Shown here piece by piece: positions 40,978 through 50,892 of a stretch of 64,000 bases of DNA. The translations under genes were made by a program, and so were the position numbers. Numbering within the stretch: the stretch's first letter is position 1; each line of letters starts with the position of its first letter. Origin of the DNA: Candidatus Poribacteria bacterium. Lineage in GTDB: Bacteria; Poribacteria; WGA-4E; JAJDTR01. The stretch covers positions 3,936,001 through 4,000,000 of the forward strand of contig CBDCTK010000002.1 in NCBI GenBank assembly GCA_965222225.1. Reading direction: 5' to 3'. The notes beneath the pieces were generated by a model. The model worked only from the letters and a program-made list of their open reading frames with translations, made no database searches and was not told the origin of the DNA.

Positions 40978-42147
40978 ATGCAAAAGGTATTCATCGTTCA
41001 TTACGCCGAGGTCGGGCTGAAGGGCAAAAACAGGTCCTTCTTTGAGAACAGGCTCGTCCGGAATATCAGGCAAGCGCTCGAAGGTACGGAATTCGTGGAT
41101 GTCCAACGGATTTACGGCAGGATTCTGGTGAGGTTGGAGGAAAGTTCGGATATCCACGAGATTCAACGACGCTTGGGCACAGTCATGGGCATCGCGCATT
41201 TTGAGCATTGCCGCGTTACCGAGCAGAATATGGAGGCAATCAAGAACGGGGCGCTTGAGTGGATTCGGGGACGGGAATTTCAAACACTGAAGGTCGAGAC
41301 GAAGCGGGCGAACAAGCTTTTTCCGCTGACCTCCCCGGAAATTAGCGCCGAGGTCGGCGGCTATTTGCTCAAGCACACCGGTGCCAAGGCGGACATGCAC
41401 CGCCCCGATCTACTGTGTTGGATTGAGATTGTCGAGAAATCAGCCTACATTTACACTGACAAGATTCGAGGAATCGGCGGATTGCCCGTCAGTGTCAGCG
41501 GCAAGGTGCTAGTCATGCTCTCCGGCGGCATCGACTCGCCCGTGGCGGCGTGGCGCATGATGAAACGCGGCGCGAAGGCGATATTTATTCACTTCTACAG
41601 CTATCCCTACACGGACAAAGCGTCGCTTGAGAAGACGGCGGAACTCGTGGAGATATTGGCGAAGTCGAATTATCGAACGCAGGTCTATTATGTCCCGTTC
41701 GCGGAGATTCAGCGCGAGATTGTGACAAAAACCCCGGCGCCGTTTCGCGTTATTCTCTATAGGCGAATGATGGTGAGGATTGCAGAGCGGATTGCGGCGC
41801 GGGAAGGAGCGTTAGCGCTTATTACGGGAGAAAGTCTCGGGCAAGTCGCCTCGCAAACCCTTGCAAATCTCAAGGTAATCGAAGATGCGGCGGGGCTGCC
41901 CATTCTGCGTCCGCTCATCGGCGATGACAAAGAAGAGATTGTCAATCTCGCCCGGCAGATTGGCACCTTTGACATATCGACACTGCCGCATCAGGACTGC
42001 TGCTCGCTTTTTGTGCCCGACCACCCTGCCACCAACGCGGCGATTGACGACGTTCAAGCCGCAGAGGACGCGCTAGAAGTCGATGCTCTCGTGGATCAGG
42101 CATTGGAAGCGGTTGAAAAACAGACCGTCAACCCCTCATTTTCCTGA
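40978..42147 (+). CDS. thiI: tRNA 4-thiouridine synthase ThiI
   Basis: EVGLKGKNR, THUMP, MLSGGIDSPVA, TGESLGQVASQT and DCC motifs. Confidence 0.95.
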   Translation: MQKVFIVHYAEVGLKGKNRSFFENRLVRNIRQALEGTEFVDVQRIYGRILVRLEESSDIHEIQRRLGTVMGIAHFEHCRVTEQNMEAIKNGALEWIRGREFQTLKVETKRANKLFPLTSPEISAEVGGYLLKHTGAKADMHRPDLLCWIEIVEKSAYIYTDKIRGIGGLPVSVSGKVLVMLSGGIDSPVAAWRMMKRGAKAIFIHFYSYPYTDKASLEKTAELVEILAKSNYRTQVYYVPFAEIQREIVTKTPAPFRVILYRRMMVRIAERIAAREGALALITGESLGQVASQTLANLKVIEDAAGLPILRPLIGDDKEEIVNLARQIGTFDISTLPHQDCCSLFVPDHPATNAAIDDVQAAEDALEVDALVDQALEAVEKQTVNPSFS

Positions 42148-42511
42148 GTGTAATACACCCGAAAACTAGACAGTTTAAAAAGTCTATTTCCCACTAGCAA
42201 ATCCCTTGTCATCTGTGCGATAATATGGCACATAAAAGTCATTTGTACTTCGATAGGATAGATTGTCCAGATTTCCTGCCTTGAATTCCCTTCAATTTCG
42301 TTTCAAGGACAAGGCAAGTTCAGGTGCGTTTCCCGAGCACAATGATACTCCAATTGTGAGTTTTTCACTCTCGCGCAAATGTCGAGTTTCGCGAAAGACT
42401 TATTGGGTCAAGTGATGTCCCCGCCCACACCAAAAGAACGAGACATAAGTGAGATATTTCTGATTAAGGTTTACGGTTTCGACCTCAAGAAATCGTTGTG
42501 TTGTATAGAAG

Positions 42512-43555
42512 TAGGAGTTACGCAGTTGGCTGAAGCGTATAAAGAGGTTGTGCCAAATAAGCCCGTACCGCATCTCTGACAATAGAGAGTTTTGCATCAA
42601 ACCAACTGATACCGGTATGATAGCAATAGTGCTCAATTCTCAGAAAGGCTCTCAGCGCTAAACCGATATGATTTCTTTGAGTGCGAGCAGAGCGCACTTG
42701 TGCGCGTTCAATGCCAACAAATTGCTTAATCCCGCGATGATATTCTTCTATTGTCCAAGACCATTCGGCATATTTGAGACGCGTCAATTCGTCCATCTGT
42801 AAATCATTCGTTGCCCAATATTCAATGTCACCTTCTGGAGTGTCAACCTTAAATACTCGAATCAATCCATAGCCTTTGAGATGGACAATTGTACCTGTTG
42901 ATTCACTCGGAAGCGTACTCACCGGACGGTTACCGGAATAATCTTTACTGACAAGTCGGTTGGCAGCTAGACGAGTAAGCCACTTCCAACCATGACCTCG
43001 CACCGCTTTTAGATTCTTTAGACTGGCATACCAACTATCAAAACACACACATTCAGGAGCAAAACCGCGTGTTTTCGCTTCTTCAAGCATGGCGCGGAAA
43101 TGCTCATTCTTCGTCAAGCCGTCTTTGGCTTTATCATAGATTCGATAATCACACGGAATATGTCTATCGCCATCCGTCCAGAGCAAAGTGACCAAGTTAA
43201 TCCCATTCACAACTCGGTGGTGTTTCCCTGACCAGTGTTTTGTCACGAGTTCAATCTTTTGTGAATAAGGTTTATCCAGAGTCGAGTCATCTATAACTAA
43301 AATTCCGGATTCTAATTTCACCTGATTTCTCGATTCTTGCCACAGTTTGCCAGTATCGGGTTCCTCTCGATGCAAGAGCCGTGTTATCGAATCGTGAGCC
43401 GGAGGATTATCAGCTTGGGGTTGAACTTTTTCCGATTCAAGACAACTGTAACTTTTCTGAGCGGCTACCAAGAAATCAATATAGTCAGTGTCAGTATATT
43501 TAGGGGGATTCATACTCAAATTATAACCTATTTTCACTCAACTGCGTAACTCCTA
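42512..43555 (-). mobile_element. IS701-family IS, complete
   Basis: Perfect 17-bp TIR TAGGAGTTACGCAGTTG; 5-bp target duplication AGAAG (42507-42511 and 43556-43560). Confidence 0.9.
42518..43513 (-). CDS. IS701-family DDE transposase
   Basis: LVIDDSTLDKP, FDSWY and WTIEEYHRGIKQ motifs. Confidence 0.9.
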   Translation of the reverse strand: MNPPKYTDTDYIDFLVAAQKSYSCLESEKVQPQADNPPAHDSITRLLHREEPDTGKLWQESRNQVKLESGILVIDDSTLDKPYSQKIELVTKHWSGKHHRVVNGINLVTLLWTDGDRHIPCDYRIYDKAKDGLTKNEHFRAMLEEAKTRGFAPECVCFDSWYASLKNLKAVRGHGWKWLTRLAANRLVSKDYSGNRPVSTLPSESTGTIVHLKGYGLIRVFKVDTPEGDIEYWATNDLQMDELTRLKYAEWSWTIEEYHRGIKQFVGIERAQVRSARTQRNHIGLALRAFLRIEHYCYHTGISWFDAKLSIVRDAVRAYLAQPLYTLQPTA

Positions 43556-44206
43556 AGAAGAAACAAAGTATGGCAGAAAAGAAGCACGCTCGTGTTAGAA
43601 CCCTGAGCAGTTTTATGAAATGGGCAATACAATTCACAGATGGACAATATCTTTTTCGAGGCGTCTCAAATGACACCTATAAAATAGAAGCATCTGCCTA
43701 TCGACGCTTGCCAAAAGAAGACAGAGAGGATCCGGGTAAACTCCTCACGATTACTCAAGAGTTAATAGATAGTGCGCGGTCTTTAGGGCATGATCGGAAT
43801 GAAGGTCAACCCCGGTCGGACTTAGAGCTACTCGCCCACCTCCAGCACTACGGAGCGGCTACTTGCCTAATAGACTTCACGCGCGACGTGATGGTTGCAC
43901 TCTGGATGGCGAGTCAACAGAGCACAAAAGAAAAAGACAAAAAAAAGAAAAAAGCAAAAGGCAAAGTGTTTGCGGTACGGAGCGACAATCTTTCCCAGTT
44001 CAGAGTTGTTTCTGACGAACAACGACGCTGTGCGAAAATTGGGGATTTTTTCGAGCAAGAAAACAAGAGGTATCCGCTCTATCAATGGCAACCCAATTAC
44101 CAGAATAACCGCATCATAGCTCAGGAGTCCGTCTTTATTTTTGGCAGTGCAGACGTTCCGGTAGAAGCAGAGTGCATTATTTTACCAAGTGCCAAGCAAA
44201 AACTTT

Positions 44207-45455
44207 CGGAATTAGTAGCTTGTAGCTTTTAGACTGACGACAAACATAAAACTTGGTACCCTGTCGTAAATCTTTTCGTCACACGTAGATGTCCATAGTG
44301 ACTATTCTTCTCGTAGGAGTTTGCTATGGACATTTTGAATCTTATGAAAGAGTTTCCAAATCAAGAATCTTGTCTCAGATTTATAGAGGAAAAACGTTGG
44401 AAGGACGGTGTTTGCTGTATCCACTGTGGCAGTGAAAAAGTTGGACGCAAGAACAAAAACGACATTACTACTGGTTGGAATTGCTACGATTGTGAATCTA
44501 GCTTTTCGGCTACAGCAGGAACCATCTTCCATGGTACCAAGATACCTCTCCAGAAATGGTTTTTGGCTATCTCAATTCTTTCCAATGCCAAGAAAAGCAT
44601 ATCGAGTTGTCAGCTTGCTCGTGACTTGGACATGAATCAAAAGTCCGCTTGGTATATGGCAATGCGCCTCCGTGAGAAAATGAGTGATAGTGATGAATTG
44701 CTGAAAGGGATAGTTGAAGCGGACGAAACCTATGTCGGCGGCAAACCCAGAGCAAAATCTAAGAGAGGTAGAGGCACAAATAAATCTCCCGTCATCGGCG
44801 TAGTCGAGAGAGGCGGTCGGGTGGTTGCTAAATTCATGAAGGTTCTATCTGGTGAAAATATCAGAGAATTCATCCTTAGCAATGTCTCACCCGATGAGTC
44901 TATTCTTATGACTGATGAATTTCGCTCTTACAATAGTCTGGACGAAGATATCGAAAGACATGTTATCCATCACCAAGAGAGATATGTTTCTGAGGACGGC
45001 GTAACTCACACCAACACCATCGAGTCGTTTTGGGCTTGTGTCAAGAGGTCATTCTACGGAACGCATCATCACTACAGCAAGAAGTGGCTGCCACTGTATA
45101 TCATGGAGTCTTGCTGGAAATATAATCGCAGAAAAGATGATGAGATTTTCATAAGATTTTTTGATGAATGCTTCACCTGAGCCACATGAATTGTTTGGCT
45201 ATCGGTATATTCTGTCAACGACAACATCATGGTGTGCTGAAAATCCCATAGTGTTGGAAATTAAAATCCCGCAGATAACCCGCAATGCTCCCGCGAGCAT
45301 GTACAAACGCTTGGTCAACATGATATGCCTCCATTTCTCTCTTATAGAGATGTATTTTAGTGTGAATCAAGATTCCGAACACTGTCTAAAATGATTGTAC
45401 ATTAAGAAGAGAAAAGCAAGCAAATCGACCAAAAAGCAGTTAACTACTAAGTCCC
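44207..45455 (+). mobile_element. IS1595-family IS, complete
   Basis: Imperfect TIR GGAATTAGTAG / CTACTAAGTCC; 8-bp target duplication AAAACTTT (44199-44206 and 45456-45463). Confidence 0.9.
44326..45180 (+). CDS. IS1595-family transposase
   Basis: Zn ribbon, GTIFHGTKIPL, VEADETYVGG, MTDE and HTNTIESFW motifs. Confidence 0.93.
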   Translation: MDILNLMKEFPNQESCLRFIEEKRWKDGVCCIHCGSEKVGRKNKNDITTGWNCYDCESSFSATAGTIFHGTKIPLQKWFLAISILSNAKKSISSCQLARDLDMNQKSAWYMAMRLREKMSDSDELLKGIVEADETYVGGKPRAKSKRGRGTNKSPVIGVVERGGRVVAKFMKVLSGENIREFILSNVSPDESILMTDEFRSYNSLDEDIERHVIHHQERYVSEDGVTHTNTIESFWACVKRSFYGTHHHYSKKWLPLYIMESCWKYNRRKDDEIFIRFFDECFT

Positions 45456-45719
45456 AAAACTTTTAACAGATCTATATCGAATATCAGGTATCTCCGAAGC
45501 AAGCATTTATCCTGACTTTGACGGTTTTGTCAGCCAACATGCTTGGAATAAGCCGTATCGTGAACCGGACGCATTAAACATATTGCAAAAAGGAATGCAG
45601 GCGGTCCAAGGAGAAAAACGGGATGAGAGTACCCCGTCCCCCGATGTAGGTCCGTTGCGTGATCCCCAATTACCTGAAGCTACCTCGATTGAAGCGCCAA
45701 AGCCACGAGGAGAGAAAAA

Positions 45720-47258
45720 ATGAATTCACAAAGCATAGCCTATTTCAATGAAGCCATTGCTCTTTTACAACCAGGTGACCCCACTCTCGTTACTGCGCAT
45801 CATAACCGTGGCTTTGCTTACTTCCGACAAGGCGATTATAAACGTGCTCTTGAAGACTACACCAAAGCGCTTGAACTTAGACCCGATGACGTGGAAATCT
45901 ATTTCGATCGCGGCATTGCTCATTTCCATAACCGCGAATTTGACTACGCAATTCACGACTATACCGAAGCGCTAAAACGAAAGCCCGACTATGTAGAGGT
46001 TTATCATAACCGGGGTGTTGCTCATCGTATCAATCGTAACCACGATAAAGCTCTTAAGGACTTTAACAAGACCATTGAATTGAAACCATATTATTCCACA
46101 CCTTATAACAGTCGCGGCCTTGTATTCTATCAACAAGACAATTTGGACCGTGCCATCAAGGACTTTACCAAAGCAATTCAGCTAGATCCGAATTATTTCG
46201 AGGCTTTTTGCAATCGCGGCGTTGCGCGCGATGCTAAAGGAGCCCACGATCAGGCGTTCAGGGACTACTCGAAAGCAATACATCTCAATCCCAATTATAC
46301 CGAGGCGTATTACAATCGCGGCCTCGCTTATGTCACCATGAGAGACTATGATTCTGCAATTCGGGACTTTACCAAAGCAATAGAATTGCGATTTGATTTT
46401 GCCGAGGGATATAACAGCAGGGCGGTTGCCTATGACTACAAAGGCGAATTTGATAGAGCAATTCAAGACTATAACAAAGCGATAGAACTTAGACCTAACT
46501 ACACCGAAGCATATGTTTATTGCGGTATTGCATTGAGCAAGAAGGGCGAGATTGGTAGAGCAATTCGAGGCTTTAACAAGGCTATAGAACTTCAACCGAA
46601 TTACGCTATCGCGTATGTCAATCGCGGATTAGCGTACTACAATTCAGGAGATTCCAATCATGCTCTTGAAGATTACGATAAGGCGATAAAGTTCGATCCG
46701 AGTCTCGCTCAGGCCTATAACAATCGTGGCAACGTACACCGGCGAAACGGGAATTATGACCGTGCCTTCTTGGACTATAACAAGGCAATTGAGCTAAAGC
46801 CGGATTATGCCGAGCCTTACAACAATCGCGGAAATGCTTACAGTGACAAGGACGAGCATGAGCGTGCTATCGAAGACTATTACACGGCGATAAAACTCAA
46901 ACCAGAGTTAGCCAAGCCGTATAGTAACCGTGGTGTTGCGTATTTCCACATGGGGGAGACGGAACTTGCCATTGAAAACTATAACAAAGCAATAGGACTG
47001 GCCCCCGATGATGGTGATACCTACTACAATCGTGCTGAGGTGTGGTTACATCGGAGCCAATGGGAGGACGCCCACGAGGATTTGAAGATTGCTAAAGGCA
47101 AGGGCACGGATATCATTGCTGCATTCCAGAACGACTACCAAAGCGTCAAGGACTTTGAGAAGAAAATCAATGTTGAACTGCCCACACATATCGCTGATAT
47201 GCTGACGAGCGAACTGCCTAGGAGTGCGATTACCCCAAAAAACCAGCCGGTCGAATAA
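45720..47258 (+). CDS. TPR-repeat protein (partner or C-terminal part of the FRG gene)
   Basis: About 13 AYxNRG TPR units; C-terminal GxDIIAAF...LPxxIAxML tail shared with 50893-53034. Confidence 0.9.
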   Translation: MNSQSIAYFNEAIALLQPGDPTLVTAHHNRGFAYFRQGDYKRALEDYTKALELRPDDVEIYFDRGIAHFHNREFDYAIHDYTEALKRKPDYVEVYHNRGVAHRINRNHDKALKDFNKTIELKPYYSTPYNSRGLVFYQQDNLDRAIKDFTKAIQLDPNYFEAFCNRGVARDAKGAHDQAFRDYSKAIHLNPNYTEAYYNRGLAYVTMRDYDSAIRDFTKAIELRFDFAEGYNSRAVAYDYKGEFDRAIQDYNKAIELRPNYTEAYVYCGIALSKKGEIGRAIRGFNKAIELQPNYAIAYVNRGLAYYNSGDSNHALEDYDKAIKFDPSLAQAYNNRGNVHRRNGNYDRAFLDYNKAIELKPDYAEPYNNRGNAYSDKDEHERAIEDYYTAIKLKPELAKPYSNRGVAYFHMGETELAIENYNKAIGLAPDDGDTYYNRAEVWLHRSQWEDAHEDLKIAKGKGTDIIAAFQNDYQSVKDFEKKINVELPTHIADMLTSELPRSAITPKNQPVE

Positions 47259-47953
47259 GGTGTATTTCCAACAGACAAATCTGCCATTACCTATGCGATA
47301 ATGCTACACTGAGACGCACTTTAGACGTGCCAGGCTCAAGCAGATTTCCACCTTAAATCCCCTCCATTTCTGTCTAAAGGATAGGGGTAAGTTCAACCCA
47401 CAATCCCTCTGCTTATTGCAATTGCCGGTTTATGATGGAAACTTACCACCAGCGTAACCACAAATGAGGATATCAAAGAACTCAAGGCTGACATGCTAGA
47501 GATTCGGTAAATGCTTTTCACCCACATGAGCGACGAAGAAAAACACTCCTGAAATCACATTCTATTCATCAAATCCCGCGATGCATCGCGTCACGTCTAC
47601 TGCATTACATGCTGCGTCCTGTTCTCGCACGCGCAAAGGAGGTGTATTGTGCAAACACACTGTTGTTGTCCCAAATGGTACGATGTCCTTGATTTAGACC
47701 CGTATTCGCCCTGATCGACAAATATGAGGCACAGCCCGTCTTTAGCAAGGGCTTTAGTATTTATCAGCCCTGCTTTATGTGCCAGAACGACGATCGAATC
47801 CCGGAAAACCCCTACGCAATTGACGAATTCAATGCTAAGGAGTTGTTTGGCGAATTGCCACACCCCGAAACGTTGAATCTATATTTCGTTGGTACCAACG
47901 ATGGCAACTTTGGGACGCAGGGCGTGCATCACCCACCCATTCTTGAAGGGTGC

Positions 47954-48028
47954 GATCAAGCGACTGATTAAGGAGACCAAGCAAGCGAATAGCGCGCGCG
48001 ATAGAAAATCCCGCGCTATTGAGATCCT
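47954..48028 (+). repeat. Two nested mini-elements
   Basis: GATCAA GC GA CT GATTA AG GA [GACCAA...AAAATCCC] GC GCTATTG AGATCCT. Confidence 0.85.
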
Positions 48029-48236
48029 GTTGCCGCGTCCTGTAACGAGTTGACCACGTAACCCGCCGCGTTAATATGCACTTGCGATCTTCGGCAGATG
48101 CCCCTGTGGTTGCTGCCCGCAGTCTTACCTATCGGAGGTAGTGCGCGAGGATACCCAAACTCCAGACGCGGGGATGAAGTGCGCGCTATTTGTAATCACT
48201 AAGGTCGGGGTTAACTTGGCGATTTCGCCATTCAGA

Positions 48237-48668
48237 TTAGGTGCTCTCGTCTTGATGGGGGCGCAACTGTTCGTCAACGCTATACTTTCCCGCGCCAATC
48301 ACGATTAAACTCAAGAAAACGATTCCGAGTTCGATGGCATGCGAGGCACCGCTCAGACCATCACCTCGACTCAGATGGCTAACAGCAGCAACCAGCATGG
48401 TTATCGTCAAGAGGATACAAGCCGGTCGAAAAACTATGCCGAGGATTAGACAGACACCGCCAAAGAACTCGGAAATCGCTGCCATGAATCCCCAGAATGC
48501 CGGCAAGAACCCGATGCCTAGACTCGCCATTGCCATGCCAATCTGTGTCCATTTCTCCGCGCCGCCAAATAGTTTGGGCGCTCCGTGAACGATGAACATC
48601 AACCCGATTCCGATGCGGAGCACTAAAAGACCGGTGTGCCTATGCTTGTTCAAAAATGTCAACACCAT
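48237..48668 (-). CDS. DoxX family membrane protein
   Basis: LRIGIGLMFIVHGAPKL, EFFGG and GAGKYSVD motifs. Confidence 0.9.
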   Translation of the reverse strand: MVLTFLNKHRHTGLLVLRIGIGLMFIVHGAPKLFGGAEKWTQIGMAMASLGIGFLPAFWGFMAAISEFFGGVCLILGIVFRPACILLTITMLVAAVSHLSRGDGLSGASHAIELGIVFLSLIVIGAGKYSVDEQLRPHQDEST

Positions 48669-49077
48669 TTCCCTGATTCTCCTTTCCTGCGATGGGTCAA
48701 TAGACCTTAAGGGAGACGACCAATGCTACGCTTCGCTTTAGCCGTCGCCGCGGCAGGGAGTGAAACTTATGCCGTTTAAACTCATCCGTTGAAATATAAT
48801 CTCCCCGGCTGGTTATGGTTGGTGCAATCTATAGCCTTTTGCTTCAAAAAGCGGAAGTCACCGGGTAAGACGGACGGGCTATGCGTGCGCCTCTCGGGAG
48901 ATTGTGATTGTCACGGTAACATAGCTGGTATACACTGTCAACAGTATAGACATTTACATTAATGTTTACACATATTGCGGTCTACAGGAAAGCAGACGAC
49001 CAGACGGACGCAAAATGAATGGAATAGAAATGTGCGATTTGATGATAGAAGATTGTGATGACAAACCGACTGTAGGA

Positions 49078-49248
49078 GATCAAGCGAGTGGTTAACGAGT
49101 GCGATAGAGATCCCTCTCCGAATCACGACCTCCTATCGCGAGCAAAACTCCCTCCTACAGAAGACGCGTAATAAAGGGATTTCTATCGATCAACCGACTG
49201 GATAAGGAGGACGATAGTAAATCCTGATCGCTATTCGCTCCCTTGATC
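49078..49248. repeat. Mini-elements inside a REP (49078-49114) and inside a reverse copy (49188-49225 within 49176-49248)
   Basis: Paralogous to locus 29542-29700, giving empty/filled comparisons. Confidence 0.9.
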
Positions 49249-49608
49249 GCGACTACAAACCGAACAGTGTAAATCCTATATGCATAAATCTTGGTTGAAA
49301 CGACTATATCTGTTCCAATCTCGGCAGAAACTACCCGGTAGTTGGAAGTGTCAAGAACGCATACATCGGGGCCTCCAGAACCATATTGGGTATCATTGCA
49401 ATCAACTTGGACTCTTGGACTCATAGGGCAAACGCGCGTTCCCGTAGCAAGTTTCATTCCCACACTTAACCCTGAAGACCCGACCGCAAATAAGCGAAAT
49501 TAGGGCAAGTTTCGCTTACATTGGGTGGCTATCAAGTCTTACCAAGTAAACCCCAACGCTTTACCCCTCTCCATCACGCACCAAGTCAAGAATCTTTTGG
49601 GGATTCTG

Positions 49609-50178
49609 TCAAACCCTTTCAAACATCTCTAATCCCTCACGGCATACAGCGTCACACAATTTTTTGAACACAACTCCTTTAAGGGCAATACCCATGACAC
49701 TGAGTTCTTTAGCTAATTCGCTGCCAGCGGGAACGAAATGGACATTCGGCGAATTAGGAATTAGCCTCCTATGTGTCGAGCCAAGCAGAAAAATCTGAGT
49801 GACCGCATCTGTAACCCCAAAAGGGAGTTCTAACGCTTGAACGTACTCTTTACCCAATAAGAAGAAAACTAAATCATAGCGCCTAATTAACACCTTTGTC
49901 CGTTCATGAAGTTGAAGGCTGTGGCTACGCTCTAAGATTTCATTTGTCCTGAGACCTTGAAATGTACAATTGTAAGGAGCTATAACTTTGCATTCACTGA
50001 GCAAACCATATTTCGCGGAAACAATTGCTAAATCAACGGCTTGCTCTCCATAAACTTGCCGAACCTGTTTCAGCCCTTCCATCAAACGCCTATGCTGAAG
50101 TCCGGTATACATCTTTGCAGCAGGTGCTTCACAATTTAGCTTATCGCTTGTGCATGAACTGATAACCAATCTCTTCAT
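49609..50178 (-). CDS. Hypothetical protein (DUF6884-like), possibly 3'-truncated
   Basis: ISSCTSDK...APAAKMYTG...IVSAKYGLL...IAPYN. Confidence 0.65.
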   Translation of the reverse strand: MKRLVISSCTSDKLNCEAPAAKMYTGLQHRRLMEGLKQVRQVYGEQAVDLAIVSAKYGLLSECKVIAPYNCTFQGLRTNEILERSHSLQLHERTKVLIRRYDLVFFLLGKEYVQALELPFGVTDAVTQIFLLGSTHRRLIPNSPNVHFVPAGSELAKELSVMGIALKGVVFKKLCDAVCREGLEMFERV

Positions 50179-50515
50179 GCTGCAAACTCCTTTCCATATC
50201 ACGACAACATCTGTACTATCATGACCACTTAATCAACAACCTCAAAGGCTTTCGTGTCCGGAGTAACGAACAGACCAATCCTCAAATCCATTCGATCTTC
50301 GGCCGCCATTATCGCACGAGGCTGCTAAACAACCAAGTTGCGGAATTAATGCAAGTATAGCAGCTATTACGTTGCTCATCATTTGCATAGTATCAATTCC
50401 TTAAACTTCAGGTCTAAGCTCGACTTTGTGCATTTGTAGGGCGGGCATCGCCCACCATCTACGTAGAGTGCACACTTCGATAGAAATTCCACCACCCTGT
50501 GAAAGCGCCAGCGGC

Positions 50516-50551
50516 GATCAAGCGAGTGAATAGCGAGTGCGATAGTAGTCC
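50516..50551 (+). repeat. Hairpin mini-element
   Basis: Preceded by GAAAGCGCCAGCGGC, the same flank as the reverse copy at 62488-62524. Confidence 0.9.
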
Positions 50552-50892
50552 GTTCATCTTGCCCCGACCTCTTGAGGTGCAGAACAGTAGGTTGGGTTGA
50601 GCGGTCATTTCCGAACTCAAAAGAACTCCCCTCTTCAATGACCAACCTGCCTAAACAACAGAGCGAAACCCAACTCCGCCACCACAATCGAACGATATAG
50701 CTTTCAATGCGATGGAGCTCCCATAGATGTTCCCCGCCCGCCTTTGAAAGCTCCACCTCGCCGACAGTTGTATGCAATCACCCAAATACCCGCTTAGCCG
50801 CCACAACTTCATTTCTCCCTATCAAATCCCTCCTCGTCTGTGCAATAATATCTATTGGAAACGCTCAAATAAATCTGGGAGACGAAAACCAA

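Larger units (their letters stand above)
43570..45723 (+). pseudogene. FRG-domain gene interrupted by IS1595
   Basis: LFRGVS, LQHYGAATCLIDFT and RIIAQESVF; after removing the IS the frame continues KLLTDLYRISGISEASIYPDFDGF to TGA at 45721-45723. Confidence 0.85.
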
